Made by a program: the position numbers and the translations under genes
In this document: positions 24,016 to 37,254 of the stretch, one piece after another
How positions within the stretch are numbered: the first letter of the stretch is position 1
Layout: each line of letters begins with the position of its first letter
Notes under the pieces: generated by a model
Told to the model about the DNA's origin: nothing
The model's database searches: none
The model's input: the letters and a program-made list of their open reading frames with translations, nothing else
Origin: Squalus acanthias
Lineage: Eukaryota
NCBI GenBank assembly: GCA_030390025.1
Contig: CM059432.1
Location: forward strand, 96,226,001-96,290,000
DNA length: 64,000 nucleotides
Direction of reading: 5' to 3'

Positions 24016-24621
24016 GAATGAATTTGTATTTAATTTAAAAGAATGTTGTCTGTAAGTGCATATTATAGAATCATAGAAACTACAGTACAGAAGGAGGCCA
24101 TTCAGCTCATCATTCCTGTGCCAGTATCACCTCTTCAACTGGAAGCCATCTACTCTAACCCTTTCTCTTGATAGAAAAATATTCATTGGAAGAATGTTAT
24201 TTACAATAGATTAGGCAAAAATAAAATTGCTTTTATAATAATACTCCAGCGATGAGCAGCACAGTATCTAAAGCATCAAAATGCTGTACCGTAATATCAT
24301 AAAATATGGGTTCACAACTGTGATCCTGCACAGATTAAGTTATTGATGTCAATTGTACCAGGGCGGTGAGGGCAGGTACAGAGCAGAGGGCAGGCACTTT
24401 CTTACAAGAAGGAAAAGAAAATCAATGTCCCCTCATCCTGATCTCACACACATAGCAGCTGGTTTCAGAGCACCACTGGGACTCACCCTCAGGGGTGTGT
24501 GTGGAACATAATGCCACAAGAAGTAAATGGGCTGAAGAAAAGGCTGGAATTCCTTGGATGCGTAGAGAAATTAAAATTAAAATGTGACTCAAAAGAGAGG
24601 CATCTGATAAATCTGGGACTT

Positions 24622-24700
24622 CATTGGCAATGTATTTTATTGGTCGTAAAGCGCTTTGGGACGACCTGAGGCCGTGGAAGGCGCTATATAAATGCAAGAG
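24622..24700 (+). mobile_element. SINE 3' tail (L2-like)
   Basis: GTAAAGCGCTTTGGGACG..TGAGG..GTGGAAGGCGCTATATAAATGCAAG; reverse-orientation relative at 23682-23779. Confidence 0.6.
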
Positions 24701-24929
24701 TTTCTATCTTTTTTTCTAATAACATGAAAGAATTTCAAGCTGAGTATAGAAAATATAGATGGGAGCAAAGAGATAAGAAAAACTAAGAAATATTTGAAGG
24801 AAGTCCTGCAGGTAAGATAAAGTGAAATAGTAAAGGATTTTAAAAACACATAAAAAGTAAAACAAAGGAAGTCAAAGGAAGGGTAAAGCTGATTTAAGAT
24901 GAAAAAGAAATTAATCTTTCAGAGTAGGA

Positions 24930-25965
24930 AGGAATGGCAGCTTGTAAGTGGGAAGAGATTGTGGGATGAGGGGGAAGTGGGATGTGAGAAGAAGGATTAT
25001 GAATGAGCGTACCGTTGTTGTCCCAAAGGGCTTCAACTTCATCCGTTACCAAGGCTTCGGTGACTTCCTCTCCAATGATGTTGAGCACTCGCTCCTCCAG
25101 TTGGCTCAAGGCCTATATCGCGGCTTGCCCACCCCCTCCCCCGCCTGTCTGCCGCTGCTCCCGGTGATTGTGCGCGACCTTAGCCTGAAGTGTGTCAGTG
25201 AGTGTGGTGCGATGTGTTTGGGTGATGTGCTTGCCATAGCTGAATAGCTGTGAGGGTGAAGTGAAGCTATGATTGTGAGTTCTGAGTGGTGATAGCTAGA
25301 GATTGCTGGTAGGTGAGCGCTGGGGGTGTGGTGCATTGAGCATTGTGTGAGGCTTGTGGTGAAGATGGTGGGATATGGCAATTGCTGAAGCCTTCACTCA
25401 CCTTGACCACCTGTGCGAGGTCATTAACCTTCTTGCGGCATTGGATGGAGTACCTGGGAACCACGCTGTTGGCCATCTCAAAAGCAGATATCTCCTGCCA
25501 CAGCCTTTTACACGTATGGGCCGATGGCTTCCTGCTGGCTTGCAGGAAGAGGACAGCCCGTCTCCTCTCCACGACCACCACCAGTGACTCCAGAGCTGCT
25601 CTCTCCCTCTGTTGCTCTCTCCCTCTGCTTTCGCTCAGCCATTTCTCCCTAGTCAGTTCTGCTTCCAATTGGAGTTCTAAATGAAATAACAATGAGGTGC
25701 TGTTGCATCAAAGCACCTCCCCTTTAAGTCGTGGAGAAAGCCTAGGCCAAACATGACTTGGAATTAGACTGCACCCAATATTGGCCCACCTGTCGAGCAG
25801 TAAGCCAATGAGCAGTGGTTATAGCATTGAGATCAGCACTATAATCATGTAAATGAGCACTCAGCATGAATTTTGCGTGCTACCTAGACCACTTTGACCC
25901 GGTGCAGCTAAATAGTGCTGGGCCATGACACCACCCGTTTTCAGGTCATATCCAATTTCTAGGCC
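24930..25965 (-). mobile_element. Harbinger D remnant with Myb exons 1-2
   Basis: ALESLVVVVERRRAVL...LWQEI...QCRKKVNDL|gtgagt; exon 2 LEERVLNIIG; introns similar to element A; candidate TIR AATTTCTAGGCC near 25964. Confidence 0.75.
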
Positions 25966-27104
25966 AAGGCCTTCTCCACTTGCAGCAAAACTCCCTGTGA
26001 CCTCAGAAACTTTAAAGAAGTTTAGAAAGCTCCAAGTGTTGCAGAAACTTATCCAGAGCCAATAGAGCTGACAAAGCATGTCAGCTGCAAGTTGTTGATG
26101 ATGATCCCTTTACATAGTGCTGCTGAGGGCTCCTTCCTGCTACTGAACGTTTGGTCAGCTGGTCGTGATTAAGAGAGGGAGGAGCAGCGACGTCAAAAAT
26201 GCCAGATTATGCGTCAAATGAGCGTTGCACACTCACTGACATCACAATCTGCCTCATTTTCATTTCTGCAACGAGCGCAGGCAATGGTAGCGTTGCTGAC
26301 CTGCCCAAAATGGCGGCTGCTGCGGGACCCGCCGGAACTTGGCAGAAGTGAAGCAGCTGCCATTTTTTCTTGAAATGGGCCTTAATGGCTGGCGCTAACC
26401 CCCCGAATATCTAGGCCCATAATTCAGGATAAAGTTAATATGCACCTAAAAAGATATGGGTTAATTAGGGGTAGCCAGCATGCATTATAATTTCAAACTT
26501 CTCTGTAAGGGTCATTTTCCAACTTTGCACTGCTGATAGGAGCCATACCCACTGACAGTGCCTATTGGAAATTTGGGCATGCGCTGAGCATGACTTTCTA
26601 AACATTAATTGAAATGGTCAGAAAAATATGCATGGTGTAAACCCAAATTTCTGACATGTGCTGCTGCCTGGCATGTGTTGAGACTGGGCACTTTTCAGCA
26701 GCCAGAAAGATAATTTCAGGACAATGGTGACCACCTGTATGCCTAGGGAACATTGCACTGAATTTCCATATGGCTTGTTCCAATCTCCTGCCACTTTTGT
26801 TTCTTTCTTTGTAAAACTCACTTGCAACGTTATTGTTCGTGAGTTGTAAGGGTAAATTTTGCAAATTCACACTCCTGCCATGGAGCTTCGCCTGTTGGGA
26901 GCATATCAAGAATTTGTGTTCAGAGGTCAATGATCAGTCCAGATTTTCCATTCATTAATTTTAATGAATATAAAATTCTGCAACGCCCACTGGTCGCTAT
27001 GCCCAAATTACTGAGATGCGCTCCCAATGGGCAAAGCTGTCCGCTGGGTGTGGAAATTTGTAAAATTTCTACAACCTCTACCACCCAAACAACATGACAA
27101 AAAC

Positions 27105-27625
27105 AACTTACATTTATATAGCACCTTTAAAGTAGAAAACCATCTTGAGGTGCTTCATAGAGGAGAAAAGGAATATCTGCCAAGCTTTTGTGGCGGAGTT
27201 ACAAGAATGCTTTGAAAGATGGGAAACAAAGTAAAGATTCAGGGGAATGGGTTAGGAAGAGCATTCCAGAGATTAGGGTCAAGTTGGCTGAAAGCTCTCC
27301 CACAAAAGGAATAGGGAGGAAGGGATGCACAGGGTCAGAGGACCTGAGGCCTGCGATGGGACATATGGCTCGAGAAGTTTGCAGAAGTGTGAAGGCATGA
27401 AGAAATTTGTACATGAGATCAAGGATTTTCAATTTGATCCATTGGACGATGGGAAGCCAGTGTAGTTCAGCGAGGATAGAGTTGATAGACTTAGTGCGGT
27501 ACAGAATGTGGGCAATGGAGTTTTGGATAATTTGGATTTGTGGAGCTCAGGAGGCCGGCAAGGAGGGCATTGGGGAAACCCAGTCTGGAGGTAATGAAGG
27601 CATGGATGAGAGTTTCAGCAGCAGT
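27105..27625 (-). mobile_element. Old L2-like LINE 3' fragment
   Basis: Similar to 59805-60200 (gaggattttcaattt, aggcatggatgag). Confidence 0.55.
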
Positions 27626-28516
27626 GGAGGTGTATCTTGGATTTATACTGCACTATCTGTTCAGAGAAGGTCATTTATCCATTTCTGTTTGTGGGACATT
27701 GCTGACAGAGTGGCTGCTGCATATGCCTGTTTAACAACAGTCAATTCACTCTAAAAATCATTCATTGTGTGAAGCATGTTGAGGCATTTTGATGCGATGA
27801 GATACTATAAAAATGGAAATATTAGTATTATAATAGGCTGGAGATTGCACTGCATTGTCAACATTAATGTCGGATTGTCTCTGGCTGTGAAATACAAAAC
27901 TGTTCTGAAAACACTTCATGTTACCAGTCCACATGTACAAGAGCAATAAGATTATCTTATCAGTGTTAACATTCTACTCGCTAAAAGGTTAAACATATTC
28001 AAAAACACGCACAGCAAGAACCATAACCCCCATGCTGATGCGGCCAGTATAATATTTTTCCATCGCAGTCACACACATAGAAAGTGTGCTCATTGATTAA
28101 AAGTGTGGAGAAGAAATAAGCATCATCACATAGTGTGAGATTCCCAGTGGAGCTGTTCCATTTATCTCTGAGTGAAGTGACTGCCAGTTTTAGCTTGTTA
28201 ACAAAAATCTATTTGACTTAGTATAAAACCTTTGTATAGGCTCTATGATTTACTAATTAATTTTTATTTAATACTCCATAGAACTAGTAATTGATAGGTT
28301 CACCCTGCATTTTGTTTTGTTGTATTTTACAAAATGCTATGAAGACGCTTGTGTAATCAACCTGAGTAGCAGTTTATCCATGTTCAAATAATGTAAAATT
28401 ACAATTTTTAGATGTGGATAACCATAGGCATTAATACTTTCTTTGCCCTCACAACATTCTGTAATATCAAATGTTGCTTTGCAGTAGATCATGAAGAAAA
28501 TCACTTTCAAGTCTTA

Positions 28517-29179
28517 GGGGGAGAAATTGAGTCGCGCCCCTTTTGGGCGCTAACTTCACTGGGGCGCTACTTTTAACGCCACGGATAAATTAGCGCCCCC
28601 GCGGCTGAAATTGAGTGGTAGCACCCCAAGAGGGAAGTGGGGCACTACTGGAAGCGCCCCGCGTCCCTCTTGGGGCACTGCGAGGGAATATCGCGGCGCT
28701 ACATGCCATGGTACTGCAGGCCTTCCTCCCCTTCTTAAAGGGGAGGGGCCTAGCGCAGTGCGACCCGGGGCCCAGCTGGGCCACCGGGGATCGGAGTGCC
28801 GGCAAAAGAGCCCTCCGCGGGAGGTGGGGGGGTGGGGGGGCAGGTCAGGAGCCGTGGACGGCAGCGGAGGCAGGTACTGGCAGGCAGCCAGCAACAAAAA
28901 TGGCCGCCCGGCCCCTCGCCTTTAAATAGCGCTGCCCCGGCCGCAGGTAGGCTCCCCTGACCTCGTCGGACATAGCGTTCGGCGGTAAGTCAGGGGGCGC
29001 TACTGAAGATCACGGCCAGGGTGCAAGCGGGGCGCTGCACACGGTGATGACGTCATTGCCGGCGGTGGGGCGCTAACGGTTACCGCCGCCGCCAACCTCT
29101 CACTGAATTTCGCGGGAGGCGTTGGTGGCGCCGCACCCGGGCGCTAACAGGAGGCGCAAAGCAACCGAATTTTTCCCCC
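28517..29179. mobile_element. GC/CpG-rich Harbinger-type MITE (663 bp)
   Basis: TIRs GGGGGAGAAATT / AATTTTTCCCCC, flanks TTA/ATA; about 10 GGCGCT/AGCGCC repeats; no coding capacity. Confidence 0.85.
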
Positions 29180-30757
29180 ATAGAAACTTTAAAAATACCC
29201 TTGAATCTTCAAAGGCTTATAATCAGCTGAGACCTCAGCCATAGAGTAGTTCCAACATACAGCAGTTATAAGCACTGTTGCACAGTGCCAACATGTTTTA
29301 ACATCCATCATAATTTAACTATCAAACCATACTCTGTTTATGGGGCAACTTGGTCACACACTTTGAAGCACGAGTGAAAGGATTCAGATTTGTTCCTTTA
29401 ATTCACAAAGAACCAGATTCACACCAGGCACTCATAAGCTCTTAGCTAGCTAGGCAGCTGAATTTGCAGATGCCTGGCATCAGGTTATTTGCCCTTTCCA
29501 TGGCGCAAGAAGACACTGAAGAGCTGAAAATGAGAAAACAACTTACAAAAAACCACTGTTGGCTATATCATCTTTGCTACACCGCAACAGACAAGTGTTA
29601 TATTTTTTTCTTAAACAGTACTATAAAAAAGACTACTTGGTATACCTTATTATCTGAGTAAACATCTGCTTCTAATTAGTAGGAGTTTTAATTCTGCAGA
29701 GGGTTAAAGTATGAAACAGTATCATGCCTTTACAGAAAGAAGGTTTTTGTTTCAATATTTCATATTTGATTCTAAAGTTAATATTCTACTGTGACTGAAA
29801 AGAACCAAGTGAAAATTGGGACATTATGAAGGAATTTCAGTAAATGGATAATTCAATTCCTAATTAGTGATGTTTTCATATCGATATATGTATGTGAGAA
29901 AACCATTATAAATACTTTACATTGGCTCATTTTGCATTGCTAATTTTGAATCTCATAAATTCAGTGTTGTATTGGAATTTCAATTTTGGTAGACAGATTT
30001 ACCTTGCATGCTTTTCCATTTTGTTATTACTGTCAGTCAAAATCTTTAACTGTTCCTCTTCCATATTATTTAAATGGCTGTATATCTAACAAGATCCTAG
30101 TTTTAGATTTATCGTTAAGCAGTTACTGCAATCATAAGGTACTGGGCATTTCATTAGTTGCTGTTTGAAATATTTTGACATCTACTAGTAGGTGGTGTTG
30201 CTCACGGGTAGTCCGGATCCTGATGTTTACCATGATGTAACCTAAATGTTCTTCTCTTGCATAATACAGTAAATTTACTAAAGCAATATATCACAAGACT
30301 CATAAACATTCTCTTTCAGTCCCAACACAAACATCAGTCCTCCTCAGTGACAAAAAGGAACCTCATCACAAACAACACTGTTAGCTCCAAATTTTTATTT
30401 AATAGTGTCAACTGCTGGAAAGTCTGAAATATTTTTATTTTTGTTCTTTTCTGCTGCTTACACCTCACAGTAAATTTGTACATTTTCTGCCTAGTTGCCA
30501 TGTGATTTAGGTTAAGATGTTAAATTCTGGATATTGAGCAAGATGAAAACTATGGCTCCTGTAATGTCTCTCTCTCTCTCGTTCTCTCACATACAAGATT
30601 TGTACACAGCAGCTGAACTACCCAGCACCCAAGGCCCAGATGAGATTTCAAACTCAAGCCCAGCCACTAGACAGGAAGGATGGGGCTCTAACCAACATAA
30701 AACATTCTTGTCAAATATACATATCAGGGTTAGGCAGCATCTGTGGAGAGAGAAACA

Positions 30758-31037
30758 GGGCTGGATTTTGTCTTGGGGTCGGGTTGGGGTCGTGTCATCC
30801 GCATTTCGTGTTCCCCCCACCAACTCCAGATTAATGTGGATGAATGATGCAATTTTAACTTAATTGGGCAATTGAGTTCCAGCATGTGGGAACCCATGAA
30901 CTAATTAGTGGTTTCAGTCTGAAAGTTGCCTCTGATGATGTCATCATTGCTGCTGCATTGCAGGTCAGAGTGTGCCTGGTTTCAGAGACTGACTGGCTGT
31001 TGCTGAGAGAGGATCTTCCTGGCTTGTGCTGTGAGTG

Positions 31038-31070
<33 letters not shown>

Positions 31071-31513
31071 AATTGTTTTTGCATCTCACACCAAATGCCA
31101 TGCAGTCTCTGAAGACATTCAATGTAGCAGCATCAGAGGCGACTTTCACACCTAATACTACTACTACCTTCATCACATCTCCTTTGTAATAGTGGACCTG
31201 CAGCCTATAGTCAGCTATCCACTTGTGCTCCCACCAGGTTTCACTGGAGTGTTTCACACCAGGCGTGCTTCACGTCAGAAAAGGGTTAAACTAGCTAAAA
31301 CGTTTCAAAATGGCATTACAGAGCCAATTTAGGGCTTGTTAAGGGCTTTAATGGCCTCTCCCGCCTCTTGGAGGCGGAACGGAGTCGGGAACCCCGCGCC
31401 TGATTTTGTCAAAATTGCGTGGAGGCGGGATGGGGTCGGGACCCCCGACCCCGCAAATTTAACCCCCCACACGCCTCCAAACCCGACTCCATGGGTCATT
31501 CAAAATCCAGCCC
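30758..31513. mobile_element. Harbinger-type MITE, copy 1 (756 bp)
   Basis: Perfect 13-bp TIR GGGCTGGATTTTG/CAAAATCCAGCCC, 3-bp TSD ACA; (GA)n core. Confidence 0.92.
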
Positions 31514-31517
31514 ACAG

Positions 31518-31554
31518 AGTTAACGTTTCAGGTCAATGACCCTTCGTCAGAACT
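31518..31554 (-). ncRNA. Minimal type I hammerhead ribozyme motif
   Basis: AGTT-CTGACGA-agggtcattgacct-GAAACGT-T-AACT: stem I AGTT/AACT, conserved core, stem II, palindromic ACGT stem III. Confidence 0.7.
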
Positions 31555-34070
31555 GGAAAAAGCTGGAGATCGAACAGGTTTTTAAGTAAGTGCAGGGGCA
31601 GAGAAAGGGGGAGGGGAGGAAAGAACAAAAGGGAAGGTCTGTGATAGGATGGAAAGCAGGAGAGATTAAGAGACATTAAGAGATGATGCAAGGCAAAAGG
31701 AGATGTTAATGGGACAAGTTAAGAAACAAAAGATGGCTCGAGATGAAGTGTCAATGGCACAGAATGAAAGACAGCTGCCATGTGGGAGAGAGAAAAAAAA
31801 ATTAAATAAGTATTTCCAGCATTTTCTGTTTTTATTTCAGATTTCCAGTATCCGCAGTATTTCGCTTTTGTATACATATCAGGGTATTGGCTTCTTTTTT
31901 TCTGTCATGCTACATAAGGGGTTAAAAACCAGCTTCACTCACTGAAAATATGTCGTAGTTTATTTTGATACAGAAGTTAGAGAAATAGTTGGCTTGTCTG
32001 AGCCAGTGTTCAATGGAAGTCTCAAGCCATTCAATTCAATCTTATGGGATTGGTTTGAATATATTATATGATTGGCAGCTCACCTGCAGTGAGGAGGATT
32101 CACTGTTTTATGGATGTAATTGTGCGCCTTTGCAAAGAGGGCATCGGTAACCTGCGTGATGCAAGTGTGTGTGGCTGACTGGGAGATGCCGCTGATGTCT
32201 GAGGAGGAGGAGGCTGTGCGCTGAGCCACTTACTCCTCAGGCCATGCTGCTGTACAATGTTGTCCAGTGCACAGCAGACCACAATGATTCTGGAGACCCT
32301 GGCTGGTGAGTACTGTAGGGCTCTAACAGATCTGTCGAGGCATCTGAATCACATTTTGAGGAAATGGGAGCTCTGACCAAGGGCTCCACAGTGACATGGG
32401 AGTGTGAGCGCTTGGAGAGGAGCCCACACTTCCTTGTTGTTGACCACCAACATCCCTCTTACCCACACTTCACTGCTAGCAAGTAGCTGGAGAGCACCTT
32501 GCTGCACTTCAGTGGGGCCATGAGGACCCATCTCTGTACTGACAGTCCTCATAACGGGGACGCCATGTAACTCTAGTTCCTCTCCTCAATAGATGCCCAT
32601 CTATCCTCCATAGCAGACCATCTATTTAGAAGAGTCACCATGTTCCTTTACATTTGGCGATTTATGTCCTCCATGGAGGTTGCCATTTTTTTCCATGGTG
32701 GCACCTACATTCGCCATTGAGTGCACCACGGCATTGCTAATGTTTGAGATGGACTCCTCCATTCTCTGCACACTCGCAGTTACAGTGGTTGCAAACCTTG
32801 TCAGAGACTCCTGCACTTGTTCCTGAAGTTCCAGCACCGCTCTCTTTCTGGATGGCCCCAGAGGCACAGCGTCCATATGCAGCTGAGCAGAGCTAGGAGC
32901 GTCCCGTGCCCTCCGACGAGGACTCTCCACTTCTATTCCTGTCTCCACCATCTGCTGATGCTCACTTGTGAGCTGTGATACACCAGTTGACAACATTAAT
33001 CTATCTCGCGAATGACCCTCCGAGGTGCGCGTCTCTGCGCTGGTGCTGGGTGCGCTCAATTCTGCTGACGCTGCTCCCTCAGAGGCTGCAGCTTCCCGAG
33101 GAGTCTTCCGGCTCTTCCTCCTGGACAGTGGGGAGGGGGGCTCTCAATGGTCCTGTGGGGGAGTAAAGGCATGAGTTAGACATGTGATATGAATGTAGCA
33201 GACACATCCCATTGTGCAGATGATCAGAACTCAATCTGTATGAACATCAGATGCCACATCAGTCACTCATGCAATCTAAATGAGAGGGTTACAAATCTAT
33301 TCTGTCACCAGCTTGCTCTACTGCACCCGTCTCTCCGTCCCTCACTTCCAGCTCCTCAGCATCTCTGACGATGTCGATAGCAGCCTCCTCAGCGGTGGTC
33401 AAGTGCGCCCTCCCCCTGTCCGCCCCCTCTCCCTCTTAGTGTGGGCTCTCATTTCCTGCCATGAGGGAGACAAGTGGAGCTTGAACGAGAATGGTGGAGT
33501 GAGTGTAGAGAATCCATAGCGTAGATGCTTAGAGGGAGACAAAGATGGAGTGAGGTGCCAATACTCTGTGCGTTGTTAGTTGTTGTAATTGCATAACAGT
33601 GATAGCGAGTGTGAGGGGTGCATAGTAGAATGATGAAGTGATTGTGTACATAGAGAGAGAGGGATGGTTAAGGGTGCAAGGGATGTAAGGTTTAGTTGGG
33701 ATGTGCAGGAGTAGGTTAACAATCCAGAGTGCTGGTGAGGCGAGGAGATGGGGAGCAGATTGAAGGCAAGTGTGATGTTATACTCAATTTTGCTGAGTGT
33801 AGCAGATCATTGAACCTTTTCCTGCACTGAACCCAGGTGCGTGAGCACAAAGACCTGGCGCTCACCTCCTCAGCAATTTGCAGCCAGATTGCCTTGGTTT
33901 GCTGAGGAGGCCTCCTCCGTCCATTTGAGGGGAACAGAACCTCTTTGCACCCTCTCACTCCCTCCACAAGAGCATAAGAACATAAGAACATATGAAATAG
34001 GAGCAGGAGTAGGCCATTCGGCCTTCGAGCCTGCTCTGCCATTCAATGAGATCATGGCTGATCTTCTGCC

Positions 34071-35579
34071 TCAACTCCATTCAGCGGCCCTATTGACATA
34101 TCCCTTGATGCCCTTACTAGTCAGAAATCTATCGACTTCTGTTTTGAATATACCCAATGACTGAGCCTCCACAGCCCTCTGGGGGAGAGAATTCCAAAGA
34201 TTCACCACCCTCTGTGTGAAGAAATTTCTTCTCATCTCAGTCCTGAATGGCCTACCCTTTATCCTGAGGCTGTGGCCCCTGGTTCTAGACTCCCCAGCCA
34301 AGGGAAACATTCTCCCAGCATCCACCCTATCAAGCCCTGTAATAATTTTGTATGCTTCAATGAAATCCCCTCTCATTCTTCTGAATTCAAGAGAATACAG
34401 GCCTAGTTTACTCAACCTCTTCTCATACGACAGTCTCGCCATCCCAGGAATCAATCTCGTGAACCTTCGTTGCACTCCCTCTATGGCAAGTATATCCTTC
34501 CTTAGGTAAGGAGACCAAAATTGTACACAGTAGACCAGGTGTGGTCTCACCAAGGCCCTATATAATTGGAGTAAGACTTCTTTACTCCTGTACTCAAATC
34601 CTCTTGTAATGAAGACCAGCATACCATTTGCCTTCCTAATGGCTTGCTGCACCTGCACATTCACTTTCAGTGACTCATGTACAAGGACACCCAGGTCCCT
34701 TTGAGCATCTGCATTCCCCAATCTTTCACCATTTAGGAAATTCTCTGCCTTTCTGTTTTTTCTACCAAAGTGGATAACTTCACATTTATCCACATTATAT
34801 TTCATCTGCCATGTTCTCGCCCACTCACTGAGCCTGTCGAGATCCCCTTGAAGCCTCTTCACATCCTCTTCACAACTGACAATGCCACCTAGCTTTGTAT
34901 CATCAGCAAATTTGGAAATGTTACATTTAGTCCCCTCATCCAAATCATTGATATAGATTGTGAATAGCTGGGGCCCTAGCACCGATCCTTGCGGTACCCC
35001 ACTAGTCACAGCCTGCCATCCTGAAAAAGACCCGTTTATCCCTACTCTTTGTTTTCTGTCTGTTAACCAATTCTCAATCCATGCTAGTATATTACCCCCA
35101 ATTCCATGTGCCCTAATTTTGTTCACCAACCTCTTGTGTGGGACCTTATCGAAGGCCTTCTGAAAATCCAAATACACCTCATCTACCAGCTCCCCTTTGT
35201 CTACTCCACTAGTTACATCCGCAAAGAACTCCAATAGATTTGTTAAACAGGATTTCCCTTTCATAAATCCATGTTGACTCTGCCCAATCTTACTATTAGT
35301 TTCTAAGTGGCCAGTTATTGCATCCTTTATAATAGATTCCAGCATTTTCCCAACTATTGATGTGAGGTTAACAGGTCTGTAGTTCCCCGTTTTCTCCCTC
35401 TCTCCTTTCTTAAATAGCGGGGTTACATTTGCTATTCTCCAATCTGTAGGAACCATTCCAAAATCTATAGAATTTTGGAAGATGACAACCAATGCGTCCA
35501 CTATCCCAATGGCCACCTCTTTCAAAACCCTAGGATGTAGGTCATCCGGTCCTTGGGATTTATCGACTTTTAGTCCCAT
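34071..35579 (-). CDS. CR1 ORF2 reverse transcriptase portion (502 aa open)
   Basis: NYRPV, DFQKAFDKV, PQGSVLGP, FADD; close homolog of 15718-18219. Confidence 0.9.
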   Translation of the reverse strand: MGLKVDKSQGPDDLHPRVLKEVAIGIVDALVVIFQNSIDFGMVPTDWRIANVTPLFKKGEREKTGNYRPVNLTSIVGKMLESIIKDAITGHLETNSKIGQSQHGFMKGKSCLTNLLEFFADVTSGVDKGELVDEVYLDFQKAFDKVPHKRLVNKIRAHGIGGNILAWIENWLTDRKQRVGINGSFSGWQAVTSGVPQGSVLGPQLFTIYINDLDEGTKCNISKFADDTKLGGIVSCEEDVKRLQGDLDRLSEWARTWQMKYNVDKCEVIHFGRKNRKAENFLNGERLGNADAQRDLGVLVHESLKVNVQVQQAIRKANGMLVFITRGFEYRSKEVLLQLYRALVRPHLVYCVQFWSPYLRKDILAIEGVQRRFTRLIPGMARLSYEKRLSKLGLYSLEFRRMRGDFIEAYKIITGLDRVDAGRMFPLAGESRTRGHSLRIKGRPFRTEMRRNFFTQRVVNLWNSLPQRAVEAQSLGIFKTEVDRFLTSKGIKGYVNRAAEWS

Positions 35580-36764
35580 TAATTTTGCTAGTACTGTTTT
35601 TTACTAATAATAATTTCTTTAAGTTTCTCATTCTTGCTACACCCTTGGTATTTCTGGGAGTTTTTTTGTGTCTTCCTCCGTGAAGACAGAAACAAAGTAT
35701 TTATTTAATTTCTCAGCCTTTTCCTCATTCCCCATTATAAATTCTCCCGTCTCTGACTGTAAAGGACCTACATTTACCTTCACCAGTCTTTTCCTTTTCA
35801 CATACCTATAGAAGCTTTTACAATCCGATTTTATATTTTTCGCTAGTTTATGCTCATATTCCATTTCTTTATCAATTTCTTGGTCCCCCCTTGCTGATTT
35901 CTAAATAGATCCCTATCCTCAGGCTGACCACTTTTTCTGGCAACTTTTTAAGTGTCCTCCTTTGACTAAATACTAGCTTTAATTTCTTTTGTTAGCCATG
36001 GTTGGATCGCTTTTCCTTTTGGGTTTTTATGCCCTAGAGGAATATATGTTTGTTGCAAATTATGCATTATTTCCTTGAATGTTAGCCATTGTATGTCCAC
36101 CTTCATACCTTTTAGTGTAGTCTCCCAATCTACCATGGCCAACTTGTCCCTCATACCATTGTAGTTTCCTCTGTTTAGATTGAAGACCTTAGTTTCAGAT
36201 TGGACTACATCACTCTCAAACTTAATGTAAAATTCAATCATATTATAGTCACTTGTCTGTAAAGGCCCCTTTACCACAAGATTATTGATTAGCCCTTTCT
36301 CATTACACAGTACCAGAATAGTCTGTTCCCTGGTTGGTTCCTCCACATACTGATCCAGGAAACCATCTTGCATGCATTCCAAGAATTCGTCCTCCACACC
36401 ATTAGTGGTAATTTGATTTGCCCAGTCAATATGTAGATTAAAGTCCCCCATGATTACCGTATGGCCCTTGTTACATGCACTTCTAATTTCTTGATTGATA
36501 CTGTGCCCTACATTACCACTACTGTTTGGTGGCCTATACACAACTCCCACCAATGTTTTCCACCCTTTGCTGTTTCTTAGCACCACCCAAATTGATTCCA
36601 GTTCAACATCACGATCTGCCGAGCCAAGATCTTTTATCTCTACCGTACCGATCCCATCCCTTATTAACAGCGCCAAGCCACCTTCTTTTCCTTTTTGTCT
36701 GTCCTTCCTAAATGTTGAGTACCCTGGAACATTCAGTTCCCAGCTTTGGTTACCCTGTAACTAT

Positions 36765-37219
36765 GGGATGGATTTTCAATGACCCGTGGAGTCGGGTTTG
36801 GAGGCGTGTGGGGGGTTAAAATAGCGAAAAGTGGCAGGCGGACATGATCCCGACTCCATTCCGTCTCCATGCAATTTTGACAAAATCGGTCGCGGTGTTC
36901 CCGACTCCATCCCGCCTCCAAGAGGCGGGAGAGGCCATTAAAGCCCTTAACAAGCCCTAAATTGGCACTGTAATGCCATTTTGAAACATTTTAGCTAGTT
37001 TAACCCTTTTCCGACGTGAAGCATGCCTGATGTGAAACACGCCAGTGAAACCTGGCGGAAGCACAAGTGGATAGCTGACAGGTCCACTATTACAACGGAG
37101 ATGTGATGAAGGTAGTAGTAGTATTAGGTCTGAAAGTCGCCTCTGATGCTGCTGCATTGAATGTCTTCAGAGACTACCTGGCCTTTGCTGTGAGAGGACC
37201 TGGATGCAAAAAAGATAGT

Positions 37220-37254
<35 letters not shown>

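Larger units (their letters stand above)
30731..31870 (-). mobile_element. Penelope-like element remnant with inverted terminal piece, interrupted by a MITE
   Basis: Reverse complement of 6270-6330 at 30733-30757 plus 31514-31550; forward copy of the 6338-6400 tail at 31808-31870. Confidence 0.7.

Noticed and set aside
25966..27070. Additional MITE ends (26418, 26500-27070); similar at 12700-12790 and 46615-46790
   Set aside because: Probably old DNA-transposon debris, but paired TIRs or TSDs could not be established.
27758..27946. Strong-looking minus-strand acceptor TTTTGTATTTCACAG near 27880
   Set aside because: No matching donor or recognisable peptide; runs into SINE sequence.
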